Positions 1-12,500 of a stretch of DNA of 64,000 nt are shown piece by piece (positions within the stretch are counted from its first letter, which is position 1; the number at the start of each line of letters is the position of its first letter). A model generated the notes under the pieces. It ran no database searches, had not been told where the DNA came from, and worked only from the letters and a program-made list of their open reading frames with translations. The DNA is from Caldilineaceae bacterium (GTDB taxonomy: Bacteria; Chloroflexota; Anaerolineae; Caldilineales; Caldilineaceae): NCBI GenBank assembly GCA_965200615.1, contig OZ241377.1, positions 379,754-443,753 on the forward strand, in the 5' to 3' direction. Position numbers and translations under genes: made by a program.

Positions 1-9
1 CTCTTTCTG

Positions 10-1293
10 TTGCTGCCGGGCGCGGGACTGCTGTATGCGGGCTGTGGAGGGGACGGCGACGCCGCGCCGGTGGAGCAGGCTACGGTGGCGGTGACGCCGC
101 CGCGGCCGATTCTGCGCTGGATGGGGCCGGCGTTTGTGCGGCCGGTTGACAGGGAGATCGTTGCGCGCTGCGGCAAGGAGGTCGGGATGGCAATCGAGCT
201 GCTGCCGGCGCCGGCGAATCCGGTGGACCGGTTGGGGCTCTACCGACAGTTTCTGCCGGCTGAGTCGGATGACATCGACCTGATCGACTTTGACGTGGTG
301 TGGTCGGGGACGCTGGCGCCGCATCTGCTGGACCTGAACTCGCACCTGACGGCGGAGGAGCGCGGCCAGTATTTCCCGGTCTACCTGGAGAACAACAGTG
401 TGGGGGAGGCGCTGGTCGGGCTGCCGCTGATGGGCGACGTCGGGCTACTCTACTACCGGACGGACCTGCTGGAAAAGTACGGCTTCGAAGGGCCGCCGGC
501 GACGTGGGGCGAGCTGGAGGAGATGGCGGCGGCGATCCAGGAGGGGGAGCGGGAGACGAATGCGGAGTTCTGGGGGTACGTGTGGCAGGGCAATGTGTAC
601 GAGGGTCTGACGGTCAATGCGCTGGAGTGGCAGGCGAGCATGGGGGCCGGCCTGATCGTGGATGCGAAGGGGCGGCTGGCTTTGGACGAAGGCGCGGCGC
701 GGGCGCTTGACAGGGCGGCGGCGTGGGTGGGCGAGATCAGTCCGGAGGCGGTGACGGTCTTTCAGGAGGAGGATGCGCGGGCGCAGTTCCAGAACGGCAA
801 TGCGGCCTTCATGCGCAACTGGCCGTATGCGTACGGTCTGGGGCAGGCGGAAGGCAGCCCGATCCGCGACCTGTTCGACGTGACGCGTCTGCCCAGAGGG
901 GAGAGCGCAGAAGGGCGGCATGCGAGCGTAGTTGGGGGGCAGCAGATCGGCGTCAGCCGCTACAGCCGTTACCCGGATGCGGCGGCGGGTGCGGCCCGCT
1001 GTCTGACCGATGCGACGGCGCAGCGGCGGCGGGCGCTGGCGGACGGTACGCCGCCGGCGATCGCGGCGCTCTACGACGATGAGGCGGTGCAGGCGCGCAT
1101 TCCGGCCGCGGCGCAGATCGCGGAGAGCCTGGCAGAGCACGCGGTGGCGCGGCCGGCGGCGATGACCGGCGGGCACTATACTGAGATTTCACTCGTCTAT
1201 TTTATTGAGGTGAACAGGGCGCTGACGGGCGAGCAGGACGGCGCAAGCGCGGTGGCGCGGATTGCGGAGCAGGTCGCGGCGTGGATGGAGTGA
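10..1293 (+). CDS. ABC-transporter extracellular solute-binding protein (sugar/family-1 type), probable lipoprotein
   Basis: 427-aa ORF with a lipobox-like N-terminus (LLYAGCGG). The body resembles maltose/trehalose-type SBPs (VVWSGTLAPHLLDL, GLPLMGDVGLLYYRTDLLEKYGF, TWGELEEMAAAIQ, NAAFMRNWPYAY). The ORF opens at the window edge, so the true start may lie upstream. Confidence 0.7.
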   Translation: MLPGAGLLYAGCGGDGDAAPVEQATVAVTPPRPILRWMGPAFVRPVDREIVARCGKEVGMAIELLPAPANPVDRLGLYRQFLPAESDDIDLIDFDVVWSGTLAPHLLDLNSHLTAEERGQYFPVYLENNSVGEALVGLPLMGDVGLLYYRTDLLEKYGFEGPPATWGELEEMAAAIQEGERETNAEFWGYVWQGNVYEGLTVNALEWQASMGAGLIVDAKGRLALDEGAARALDRAAAWVGEISPEAVTVFQEEDARAQFQNGNAAFMRNWPYAYGLGQAEGSPIRDLFDVTRLPRGESAEGRHASVVGGQQIGVSRYSRYPDAAAGAARCLTDATAQRRRALADGTPPAIAALYDDEAVQARIPAAAQIAESLAEHAVARPAAMTGGHYTEISLVYFIEVNRALTGEQDGASAVARIAEQVAAWME

Positions 1294-1443
1294 GTCGTGG
1301 CAACAATTATTGGTTTCAGTCTTGCTTTTACGCTAAGTCCCTGATAAGGTTCTGGACTTTCCGGCGTGCAGCCCAAAAAGGGCGCGCGGTTCGGGCTGCC
1401 TGCGAACCAGGTTCTGTTAACATTTGGGGAGGCCGCTCAAAAT

Positions 1444-1752
1444 TCAACATAGACAATATGCCTGCAGGCCTGTTAGGGAATTTTCTCGCTTGGATGTTGT
1501 GAAAAACAAATCCTGTCTATACTCGGAGTCACGCGAAGTGTCGCGAAGTTCACCAGGGTTGTACCGGGTCTTCTTAGCATGGCTGTGGGCCCGGTGTGGA
1601 TAAGCAGTTTGCGCTCGAAAGTCGCTGTTCAGACACCTGTCAACGAGCCCTGGAGTGTGATAGAGAGTCGGTTCTTCTCCATACTCTAATCTGAGATACG
1701 GGACTGCCAGGTACTCTTTTCGGGTCCAACGCGGTCTTGTTCCTCGTGCCAT
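1444..1752 (-). CDS. hypothetical small protein (102 aa), divergent from cas10
   Basis: ATG preceded on the minus strand by tandem AAGGAG-T-AAGGAG. No recognisable domain. Lies in a lower-GC gap. Could be non-coding. Confidence 0.2.
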   Translation of the reverse strand: MARGTRPRWTRKEYLAVPYLRLEYGEEPTLYHTPGLVDRCLNSDFRAQTAYPHRAHSHAKKTRYNPGELRDTSRDSEYRQDLFFTTSKRENSLTGLQAYCLC

Positions 1753-2122
1753 CTCCTTACTCCTTGTCTGCTTGCTCCGCCCAGGTCGCCCGCCGTTCCA
1801 CTCCGGCTTCCGGCGCCTCCTTCACGGTCTCTGCCTCCCCGACTCTCGGCCGCAGGCTTGAAGTCAGGCGCTCCCGGCCCTGACGCTCACTGATATTGAC
1901 ACGATTTTGCCGCAAAAATACGGCACAATGACACGTTGATGACATATGAGTATGATATAATAGGTGATTGTGCCGCCTTAAGTTTCGGAGACGGCCGCGA
2001 AGAAGCCGCAAGGTTGCGAAGGATAGTGACGGCAGCAGTTCCGGGGAAATAACTCCGGACCCGGACTGCACGCCGGGCGGAATGAAGACTCTGCGCCTCC
2101 GCGATATGCAAGGGTACCGCAA

Positions 2123-4698
<2,576 letters not shown>

Positions 4699-4809
4699 AG
4701 CCAGGATTGCGGACTGGGCGGACAAGACTGTATCATCGCGATCTGAATCATGGCCCAGCCCCTCAACACGCAAATCACAGTTCAGATATCTTTTTCAGGA
4801 GGAACGGGA

Positions 4810-5310
4810 ATGGCACAAAGATCAAGTTCAGGGTCGAACAGAGGGGGGCAAACGCCCCGCGGCCGCTCTGACCGCCCGCCTCGAGAGGCCGCAAAAGCAA
4901 CGATACCGGAATCGGAATTGAGCGCCTTGATCACGCAGTCTGATCCCGACAGCGCAAAGTTGCTGGTCGATCATGCTGAGGCTTTGGGCAAACAACTCAC
5001 CCGCCGGGAATCGGAACTGGCGACAAGCCAGATCCGGGCGATCTTTGGCGAGGTGCGCCAGATTCAAGGGCAGTTGTCAACAGGTGACACGAAGCGCGCC
5101 TTGCGCAAGTTGGTCCTGCTCAAACCCAAGATGGCATATCGCGCCGCCCGACGGGAGCAGGGAAGCAGGGGCGTGAAAGTGTTGAAAGATGTGCTCGACC
5201 CGGCGATCGATCTGGTTGTGGATGGGGCCGACCCAAAGGAGAATTTCCAGCGCTTCGCTGATTTCTTCGAAGCTATCCTTGCCTACCACAGGGCCTACGG
5301 CGGCAAATGA
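4810..5310 (+). CDS. csm2: Csm2 (Cas11 small subunit, type III-A)
   Basis: ATG 4810 lies 7 nt after AGGAGG (4797-4802). Csm2-like helical protein (TSQIRAIFGEVRQI, LVLLKPKMAYRAAR, FFEAILAYHRAYGG). Sits between cas10 and csm3. The ORF-track start 4750 is less likely. Confidence 0.8.
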   Translation: MAQRSSSGSNRGGQTPRGRSDRPPREAAKATIPESELSALITQSDPDSAKLLVDHAEALGKQLTRRESELATSQIRAIFGEVRQIQGQLSTGDTKRALRKLVLLKPKMAYRAARREQGSRGVKVLKDVLDPAIDLVVDGADPKENFQRFADFFEAILAYHRAYGGK

Positions 5311-5353
5311 GTCAGCCCCAATCCACAGTCGCGATTTCAGGAGAACCCCACTC

Positions 5354-6163
5354 ATGGCGGAAAACCGAAGCATCAAATTAGAAGGCCGCATCTTCATCAC
5401 CTTCAACATCAAGGCACAGACTGGCCTGCACATCGGTGGCTCCGACACCGGCATCGAAATCGGGGGCGTAGACAAGACCGTCATCCGCGATCGCCTGACT
5501 AATCACCCCTACATCCCCGGCTCCTCCCTCCGCGGCAAGATGCGCAGCCTCTTGGAAAAGTACCAGGGTCTGGTTCAGAATCAACGCATTGGTCAGGGCT
5601 GGATCCACTCCTGCCAGAAGGACGAGAGCGAAAAATACAGGAATTGTGATGTCTGCCAGGTATTCGGCGTGCCGGGCGAACGGGACTTTGGCACGCCCAC
5701 CCGTCTCGTAGTGCGTGACGCGCATATGACCGGCGACAGTGCCAAGACGCTGCAAGACCGCACCGAATTGCCCTACACTGAAGCCAAAACCGAAGTCTCC
5801 ATCGACCGCGTGACCTCCGCCGCCAACCCGCGCCAGTTTGAGCGCGTGCCCGCCGGCGCCGTATTCGGCCCAGCCGAACTGCTCTATACCGTCTACAATG
5901 GCAGCGACTGCGATCCACGCAAAGACATCGAGCGCGTGGCAACCGTACTTGAGGGTCTGCAGCTTCTCGAAGACGACTATCTGGGCGGCCAGGGCAGCCG
6001 CGGCGCCGGGCAGGTGGAGTTTAAAGATATTGCCGTCAAGGTGCGCCGCAACTATCCGCAAGAAAAAGAGACCGTTGGCAGCTACGGCTCGCTGAGCGAA
6101 TGGGCAGCCGATCTGAGCGGATTTCAAGCTGCGCTGCGCGCGAAGTTCGACCTGACTGCCTGA
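5354..6163 (+). CDS. csm3: Csm3 (Cas7 RAMP backbone subunit, target-RNA nuclease)
   Basis: ATG 5354 follows AGGAG. Motifs: GLHIGGSDTGIEIGGVDKTVIRD (the position equivalent to the catalytic Asp is present in GGVD), PYIPGSSLRGKMRSLLEK, GGQGSRGAGQV. Confidence 0.9.
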   Translation: MAENRSIKLEGRIFITFNIKAQTGLHIGGSDTGIEIGGVDKTVIRDRLTNHPYIPGSSLRGKMRSLLEKYQGLVQNQRIGQGWIHSCQKDESEKYRNCDVCQVFGVPGERDFGTPTRLVVRDAHMTGDSAKTLQDRTELPYTEAKTEVSIDRVTSAANPRQFERVPAGAVFGPAELLYTVYNGSDCDPRKDIERVATVLEGLQLLEDDYLGGQGSRGAGQVEFKDIAVKVRRNYPQEKETVGSYGSLSEWAADLSGFQAALRAKFDLTA

Positions 6164-6173
6164 GGAGCCGCCC

Positions 6174-7439
6174 ATGCCTCACCTGCAACCGGTCGCGCTC
6201 CGCTTTCCCCAGGGACTGCATATCGGCGCCCGCGGCGTAAATCTGGAGGAGGCCGGCGTCGATATTCCCTCGGATACGCTCTTCTCCGCGCTTGTCGATA
6301 CGTGGAGCCGCACGGGAGGCGACCCCGATCTCTGGAGCAGGCCGTTTCGCAACGGCGAACCTCCCTTTCTGCTCACCTCAGCCTTTCCCTTCGCCGGCGA
6401 TGTCCGCTTCTACCCCGCGCCCGTCGACCTGCGGCTTCTCATCCCCCCGGACCTGCCTGAGGACAAGGTCGACAAACCGCTGAAGCGCGTCCGCTTTCTC
6501 TCCGAGGAGCTGCTGCGCCGGGTCCTGTCGGGGCAAGGTTTGCCGGCGTTCCTCCCCGAACCGGATGAGCAGCCCGGCAAGCGTTCAGACGACCAGTGCG
6601 CGGTCCGGTTGCAGAATGGCACGCTCTGCCTGCTGCCGGAGGAGGTAAGTCAGTTGCCCTGTACGTTGCGCCTGAACGCCCAGGGCGGCAAGCGGCCTCC
6701 GCGTCTGCTCAACCGCCAAGCCGTCTGGCAGACGGAGCGCACCCCGCGCGTCACCGTGGACCGCATCAACTCGGCCTCCAACATATTTCACGTTGGCCGC
6801 ACCCGCTTTGCGCCCGGCTGTGGCCTCTGGTTCGGTATTCAATGGCGTAATGCCGATATGCCCGTTGCCGACCGGAGCGGCCTGTCTTACCGGGAAGCGC
6901 TGCAAAGAACGCTGGCGCTGCTCGGTGATGAGGGCATTGGCGGTGAGCGCAGCGCCGGCTATGGCGCGTTTGCGGCGACCTGGAAGGGCGACATCCGCCT
7001 GCGCGATCCACAATCCGGCGGCGCTGCCTGGCTTCTGAGCCGTTATCTGCCCGCCCGCGCGGAGCTTCCCGCCTGTCTGGATCACGAAAGCGCCGCCTAC
7101 CGCCTCGTTCGCATCGGCGGTTGGGCGCGTTCACTGTACGGCGCTGACCAGCGCCGCAAGCAGATAAACTTCCTGACCGCAGGCAGCCTGATCGCGTGGC
7201 CGCCATCTCCTGTTGTCGGAAAGATTGAAAACCTCCGGCCCGACTATCCCACGAGCGACGGTGACTTCCCCCATCCCGTATGGCGCAGCGGCCTGGCTGT
7301 GGCCGTGGGCGTCAGGGAAAGCGCATCGAAGGGCGCGCAGCGCCCTCAGAACGCGACGGAGCAGAGATCGCCTGAAAAAGACAAGCCCAGGGCAAAACGG
7401 CGCAAATCAAAAAAACGGCGCCAAAAACGCAAACGATGA
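6174..7439 (+). CDS. csm4: Csm4 (Cas5-like RAMP) with an unusual Lys/Arg-rich C-terminal tail
   Basis: GAGGAG SD. Motifs: GLHIGARG, IPSDTLFSALV, LLTSAFPF, RVTVDR, LGDEGIGGERSAGYGAF. The last ~41 aa are low-complexity and end KDKPRAKRRKSKKRRQKRKR. Confidence 0.85.
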   Translation: MPHLQPVALRFPQGLHIGARGVNLEEAGVDIPSDTLFSALVDTWSRTGGDPDLWSRPFRNGEPPFLLTSAFPFAGDVRFYPAPVDLRLLIPPDLPEDKVDKPLKRVRFLSEELLRRVLSGQGLPAFLPEPDEQPGKRSDDQCAVRLQNGTLCLLPEEVSQLPCTLRLNAQGGKRPPRLLNRQAVWQTERTPRVTVDRINSASNIFHVGRTRFAPGCGLWFGIQWRNADMPVADRSGLSYREALQRTLALLGDEGIGGERSAGYGAFAATWKGDIRLRDPQSGGAAWLLSRYLPARAELPACLDHESAAYRLVRIGGWARSLYGADQRRKQINFLTAGSLIAWPPSPVVGKIENLRPDYPTSDGDFPHPVWRSGLAVAVGVRESASKGAQRPQNATEQRSPEKDKPRAKRRKSKKRRQKRKR

Positions 7440-7530
7440 CGCGCGCAGATGAGGATGCGCCGCATTTCGCCAGACGGTTGTCGTCCCTGGGGCCGATAGT
7501 CGTTGCGTTAACATTCCGGGAGAGCCGCCC

Positions 7531-8652
7531 ATGGCCGCCTACACCATCTATGGTCTCACCGTCTCCGTTTTCACCCCGCTGCATATCGGCACGGGCAGGG
7601 AGTTGCTCAACGAATACGATTATTCGATCCACAATGGGCGCACCTGGCGGCTTAACGAGAGCGCGCTGCTCGATGCCCAGGATGTGGAGGACGCGGCTAT
7701 GGCCGCCCAATTGGCCGTCACTCCGCCGGCGCAGTTGTTGCAAGCGCCGCGGGACTACCGGCCCGACAGCCACCTTTTCCGTTATGCGCTGCGGGGGACG
7801 CCCCGGTCCGATGCAGAGGGCGCGCAGCTGCGCGAGCAGATCAAAGACGTATTCGACCGCCCCTACCTTCCCGGCAGCAGCCTCAAAGGAGCCTTGCGCA
7901 CCGCCCTGGCATGGAACGTGTGGCAACAGCGGCAGATGCGCCCGGAGGTGAGCAAAATAGGCCGCCGCCGTCAGTGGGCTGCCCAGACCTGCGAGAAGGA
8001 GATTTTTGGACCCGATCCCAACCGCGACTTTCTGCGCGCCCTCCAGGTCAGTGACAGCGCGCCCGTAGATGCAGACCGGCTCCTGATTCTGAACGCCCGC
8101 GTGATGAACCGGCGCGGCGGTTTGGCCGCGCCAATCGAAATGGAGGCAATCGCCCCGGATACACAGTTTGATCTCACTCTGAAAGTCGACGATGCTCTCT
8201 TTTCAGATTGGGCCGTTCACAATCGGCTGCGTCTGACCGGAAAAAATCTCCTCGCCGATCTGCCGCAGGCCGTCCAGAACCACAGCCTGACTCTCGCCCG
8301 CCAGGAGCGTACATGGTTTGCCGCGATCGACAACGCCAAGCAAATTGCCGACTTCTACCACCAGATTGTCAACGCGCGGCTGCCCGCGCGCCGCTTCCTG
8401 ATCAGCCTGGGCTGGGGCACCGGCTGGACGAGCAAGACACTTGGAACGCATCTGCAGTCAGACGCCGACTTCATGGAACGTATTTTGCGCGACCACCGCC
8501 TCGCCCGCGGCCGCCGCCAGCCGGGCGATCCATTCCCCAAGAGTCGACGCGTGGTCGTGCAGATTAGCCGCGATCGCCAGGGACGCCCAGTGGAGAGGCC
8601 CGCCACGCCTCTGGGCTGGTGCCTGGTCGAAATGAAAGAGAGAAACCAGTGA
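7531..8652 (+). CDS. csm5: Csm5 (Cas7-like RAMP)
   Basis: Motifs TPLHIGTGRE, YLPGSSLKGALRTAL, SLGWGTGWTSKTLG, GWCLVEM. Position follows csm4. Confidence 0.8.
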   Translation: MAAYTIYGLTVSVFTPLHIGTGRELLNEYDYSIHNGRTWRLNESALLDAQDVEDAAMAAQLAVTPPAQLLQAPRDYRPDSHLFRYALRGTPRSDAEGAQLREQIKDVFDRPYLPGSSLKGALRTALAWNVWQQRQMRPEVSKIGRRRQWAAQTCEKEIFGPDPNRDFLRALQVSDSAPVDADRLLILNARVMNRRGGLAAPIEMEAIAPDTQFDLTLKVDDALFSDWAVHNRLRLTGKNLLADLPQAVQNHSLTLARQERTWFAAIDNAKQIADFYHQIVNARLPARRFLISLGWGTGWTSKTLGTHLQSDADFMERILRDHRLARGRRQPGDPFPKSRRVVVQISRDRQGRPVERPATPLGWCLVEMKERNQ

Positions 8653-9908
8653 AAGCGATCACATTTCTGGGGGCGGCAGAGGCGCACGAAACGACATACA
8701 TCATGCCCGACGGCCGCGAACACGCGGCGCCCTATTTTGGCGTCGCCCTTGCCAGATTCAGTCCCGGCGCCGACATGAAGGTTTTCGTGACGGATAAGGC
8801 CCGGGAGATGCATTGGAACTCTTTTCAACGTCTTGCCGAAGATTACGTCGATAATCTGGAGGCGGTCGAAATCCCCGACGGGGCTGATGAGAACGAGCTG
8901 TGGTCTTTGTTTCAGACGGTGGTCGATGCAGTGGATGAGAGGGAAGAAGTGATCTTCGACATCACCCACGGATTTCGATCCCTGCCATTCCTCTCGCTCC
9001 TGGCGGTCGCTTACTTGCGTCAGGTAAAACAAATCGAACTGCGCGCAATCCTCTACGGCAACTTTGAGGCGCGCGACCGGTCGGTAGAACCGCACCGGGC
9101 GCCCGTGATCGATCTGAGCGACTTTGTCTCGCTCTTTGACTGGATGACCGCCGCCGACCGCTTCATCCGTTTTGGCGATGCCACCGATCTGGCAGAACGT
9201 CTGCGGGATGCTCGACCTGCCAGACAGGATCAACGAGCGGAACCAGCTAAAAGTGAACAAGCTAAGCACCTCTCTCTTACGGCCAACTCTCTCGAAAACG
9301 TCTCCATGGCCCTGCGACTAATCCGTCCAGGCGAGGCGATGGATGCCAGTTCCGAGCTAGAGCGTCAGCTATTAGATTCCTCCCAAAGCATTCAGGCCAA
9401 TGCCCGGCCTTTCGTCCCTCTTGTCCGTTCCATAACAGACGCATATGCGCCGCTGGCAATGCCGGCCGCACAGCAGCAAGTAGACATGGTGGGCCAATTG
9501 GCGTGCGAACGGAAAATGGTCGAATGGCTTTTCAAACGTAAGCAATATGTGCAGGCAGTCACCATTGCGCGTGAATGGATTATCAGTTGGGTAATGGCCC
9601 AAGTGGAGATATGGAGTTTTTCCCATAGCGGTGAACGACAAGCAGTGGAACACATTATGGGGGAGGCGTTGCAGGAACAACGACGAAATCGTGGAGCCTT
9701 TAGCGATGCAACATTTTCTAATGGGAAAACTTTGCGTTCTATAGGCCAAATCAGTCAAGCCCTGCATGTGTACTCCGATCTGGGAACTGTCCGCAATGAC
9801 ATGCTTCACGCCGGCAAACGTCCCGATCCCGGTAAGGCGCAGAAAATGGAAGATCGAATAGAGAGGAACTGCACGCGATTATCCGAACTACAACTTCCAT
9901 CAATATGA
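8649..9908 (+). CDS. CARF-domain effector of the DxTHG/TM1812 (Csx1/Csm6-like) family with a C-terminal HEPN-type R-x4-H motif
   Basis: GTG 8649 overlaps the csm5 stop (GTGA). N-terminus KAITFLG..., then the DxTHG motif [13 protein letters not shown]-terminal RNDMLH (9792-9809) matches the HEPN RNase Rx4-6H signature. The ORF-track start 8619 is also possible. Confidence 0.75.
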   Translation: MKAITFLGAAEAHETTYIMPDGREHAAPYFGVALARFSPGADMKVFVTDKAREMHWNSFQRLAEDYVDNLEAVEIPDGADENELWSLFQTVVDAVDEREEVIFDITHGFRSLPFLSLLAVAYLRQVKQIELRAILYGNFEARDRSVEPHRAPVIDLSDFVSLFDWMTAADRFIRFGDATDLAERLRDARPARQDQRAEPAKSEQAKHLSLTANSLENVSMALRLIRPGEAMDASSELERQLLDSSQSIQANARPFVPLVRSITDAYAPLAMPAAQQQVDMVGQLACERKMVEWLFKRKQYVQAVTIAREWIISWVMAQVEIWSFSHSGERQAVEHIMGEALQEQRRNRGAFSDATFSNGKTLRSIGQISQALHVYSDLGTVRNDMLHAGKRPDPGKAQKMEDRIERNCTRLSELQLPSI

Positions 9909-9957
9909 GGCCATCTGCAAGATCGATTCCTTGGTTGAACCCTGGTATATACGTCCC

Positions 9958-10350
9958 ATGCTCCTGATCAACTTCTCCCACCCCCTCTCCCAGCAACAGC
10001 TCGCGCAGATCAAAGCCATCACCGGCCAGCCCATCCAGCGCGCCATCAACGCCATGCCCCAATTCAACGAACAGCAGCCATTCGAGCCGCAGCTGGCCGC
10101 GCTCCTCGATCAGATCGAATTGTCGGCGGAACAGTGGCAGACCGAACCGATCCTGGTCGTTCTCCCCGCGCTGAACTTTATCGCCGGCGCGCTGCTGGCA
10201 AACCTGCACGGACGCATGGGCTACTTTCCCCATGTGGTGCGCACGCGGCCGGTGGAGGGATCCATCCCACGCCGCTTTGAAGTGGCCGAGATTCTGGACC
10301 TGCAAGCCATGCGCGCGGCCGTCCGCCGCGCCAGAACCGCGAACCATTGA
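9958..10350 (+). CDS. small CRISPR-linked accessory protein of unknown function (possibly Csx15/Csx16/Csx20-like)
   Basis: ~130-aa ORF ([24 protein letters not shown]...) packed tightly between the CARF/HEPN gene and cas6; its stop lies 1 nt before the cas6 ATG. No motif I can assign with certainty. Start uncertain (TTG 9931 or ATG 9958). Confidence 0.45.
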   Translation: MLLINFSHPLSQQQLAQIKAITGQPIQRAINAMPQFNEQQPFEPQLAALLDQIELSAEQWQTEPILVVLPALNFIAGALLANLHGRMGYFPHVVRTRPVEGSIPRRFEVAEILDLQAMRAAVRRARTANH

Positions 10351-10351
10351 A

Positions 10352-11170
10352 ATGCTCGTTTCTATCGTCACCACCGTCGAAACCGATACCGAAACGCTGC
10401 TGCCCCGTAACGTCGGACGCGCCCACTACGCGGCCATCTTGCAACGTCTGCATGCCGTCGCTCCGAGCCTGGTTACAGCCATACACAACAGTGACGGCCC
10501 CAAACCTCTCACCTGCTCCGACATCCTGAATGGCCGCGGCAACCGCGACGGCACGCGCCTCGAACCCGGAACGCCCTACTACCTGCGCGTGACCGGGCTG
10601 ACGCCGGACGTGAGCCAGGCGCTTCTCGAAGCGCTGATTGAAGAACCGCCCGCCGCAATCGAGCTGGTCCACCATCCCCTGCGCGTGACCGGCGCAACCG
10701 CAGACGAAGCCGGTCACGGCTGGGCCGGCGCCACCAACTATGATGCGCTGGCCGCGCGCCAGATGTTGCCGCGCGGGTCGATCGCCAAACAGGTGATGAT
10801 GCAGTTTGCCAGCCCCACCGCCTTCAAACAGGCCGGCCGCCAGATGCCCCTGCCCTTGCCGGACCTGGTCTTCGGCAGCCTGGTCGAACGCTGGAATCGG
10901 TTCAGTCCGCTGGCGCTCAGCCCGGAGATGCGGCGCTTTGGCGCCGAGATGCTCGCGTTGACCCGCTACCGCCTGCAGAGCCGGCCGGTGGCGCAGAAAA
11001 ACGGCGCGCTGCGCATTGGCGGCGTGGGCACGGCCACCTACCGGGCGCTGGGGGGCGACCGCTACTGGCTGGCAACCATGCAGATGCTGGCGGAGTTCGC
11101 CCGTTACAGCGGCGTCGGCGTGCAGACGGCAACCGGAATGGGCCAGGCCAGACGGCTGGAATCTGACTGA
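10352..11170 (+). CDS. cas6: Cas6 crRNA endoribonuclease
   Basis: ATG 10352. C-terminal glycine-rich loop YSGVGVQTATGMGQARRL. Locus position fits, and the repeat has a hairpin plus an ATTGAAAC 3' handle typical of Cas6 substrates. Confidence 0.8.
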   Translation: MLVSIVTTVETDTETLLPRNVGRAHYAAILQRLHAVAPSLVTAIHNSDGPKPLTCSDILNGRGNRDGTRLEPGTPYYLRVTGLTPDVSQALLEALIEEPPAAIELVHHPLRVTGATADEAGHGWAGATNYDALAARQMLPRGSIAKQVMMQFASPTAFKQAGRQMPLPLPDLVFGSLVERWNRFSPLALSPEMRRFGAEMLALTRYRLQSRPVAQKNGALRIGGVGTATYRALGGDRYWLATMQMLAEFARYSGVGVQTATGMGQARRLESD

Positions 11171-11179
11171 AGTGAGCCG

Positions 11180-12211
11180 ATGCGCCATCCTCTCTACCTG
11201 GTGGAGCAGGGCAGCCGGCTGACGAAAAAGGGCCGGCGGCTCAGCGTCGTCAAAGACGATGCGGTCATTACCCAGGTTGCCCTCGTGCAGGTGAGCCAGG
11301 CAATCGTCTTCGGCAATGTCTCTATCACCACGCCCGCCCTCCAGCTTCTGCTGCGGGAAGGGATCGAAGTGGTACTGCTGAGCCGCACAGGCCGGTTCTA
11401 CGGCCGCCTCATCGGCGAGCAGAACGGCAACGGCGCGCTGCGCGTCGCCCAACTGCAGCGCAGCCAGGAACCGGACTTTGCTCTCCGCACGGCCCGCCAG
11501 TTCGTGACCGGCAAACTGCACAACCTGCGGGTCATTCTGCAGCGCTACGCCCGCCGCGCCGCTTCCGCATCCAACCACCGGGAGGCAACCACGTTGACGC
11601 ATGCCGTGGACGGGGTCGGCGCCATGCTGCGGCGCGTCGACGCCTGCCAGACGATCAACAGTCTTTCCGGGGTGGAGGGACGAGGCACGGCCGCATACTT
11701 CCGCGTATGGAAAGAGCTGCTGAAACCGCCCTGGCGTTTCGAGCGGCGTATCCGCCGGCCGCCGCCCGATCCGGTCAACATCCTGCTGAGCTTTGGCTAC
11801 ACGTTGCTGACCCAGAACATCTGGGGGGCCGTGCTGACCGCCGGGCTGGACCCCTATGTCGGCTTCCTCCATCAGCTCAACTACAACCGGCCCAGCCTCC
11901 CCCTGGACCTCATGGAGGAGTTCAGACCCGTAATCGTAGACTCGGTCGTCCTGCGCTGTCTGAACAACGAAATTCTCACGCCCGATCATTTCGTGCCCGG
12001 AGACCAGGAAGAGAGACCTTTGGTGTTGACCGATGAGGGAATGCGGCGCTTCATACGCGAGATGGAAACCCGATTCGACCAGGATTTCAAGGACGTCCGA
12101 ACGGGCCAGCGTATAAGCTACAGACGTCTGTTCCTGAATCAGGTCTACCACCTGAGCCGGATCATCACAGGCGCGGAAAAGGGGCCGTACCGTCCATATC
12201 TGATCCGATAG
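11180..12211 (+). CDS. cas1: Cas1 integrase
   Basis: Motifs [67 protein letters not shown]. Confidence 0.9.
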   Translation: MRHPLYLVEQGSRLTKKGRRLSVVKDDAVITQVALVQVSQAIVFGNVSITTPALQLLLREGIEVVLLSRTGRFYGRLIGEQNGNGALRVAQLQRSQEPDFALRTARQFVTGKLHNLRVILQRYARRAASASNHREATTLTHAVDGVGAMLRRVDACQTINSLSGVEGRGTAAYFRVWKELLKPPWRFERRIRRPPPDPVNILLSFGYTLLTQNIWGAVLTAGLDPYVGFLHQLNYNRPSLPLDLMEEFRPVIVDSVVLRCLNNEILTPDHFVPGDQEERPLVLTDEGMRRFIREMETRFDQDFKDVRTGQRISYRRLFLNQVYHLSRIITGAEKGPYRPYLIR

Positions 12212-12221
12212 GAGGTACCCT

Positions 12222-12500
12222 ATGCTGGTCGTCGTAAGTTACGATGTGCCCGAAAACCGGCGGCGTGGTAGAATCGCGCAGGCGCTGCAGGACTTCGGCG
12301 GTGAGCGCGTGCAACTGTCCGTCTTCGAGTGTTATCTGACCCCGCGCAACTGGACGCGGCTCCAGGAGCGACTGGGCAAAATTGTCAATCCGGACGAAGA
12401 CAGCGTCCGCCTCTATCGCCTATGCGAGCACTGCCGGGAAAACATCCTCTTTCTGGGCTGTGCCGCGCCCATCGAAGAGCCCGGCCTGCGTATCATCTGA
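12222..12500 (+). CDS. cas2: Cas2
   Basis: [17 protein letters not shown]...RVQLSVFEC...SVRLYRLC, 92 aa. Confidence 0.9.
   Translation: MLVVVSYDVPENRRRGRIAQALQDFGGERVQLSVFECYLTPRNWTRLQERLGKIVNPDEDSVRLYRLCEHCRENILFLGCAAPIEEPGLRII

Noticed and set aside
10178-12151. 657-aa ORF on the minus strand spanning cas6 and cas1
   Set aside because: It is antisense to two strongly motif-supported genes. The Arg/Ala/Gly/Pro-rich composition is typical of spurious ORFs in GC-rich DNA.
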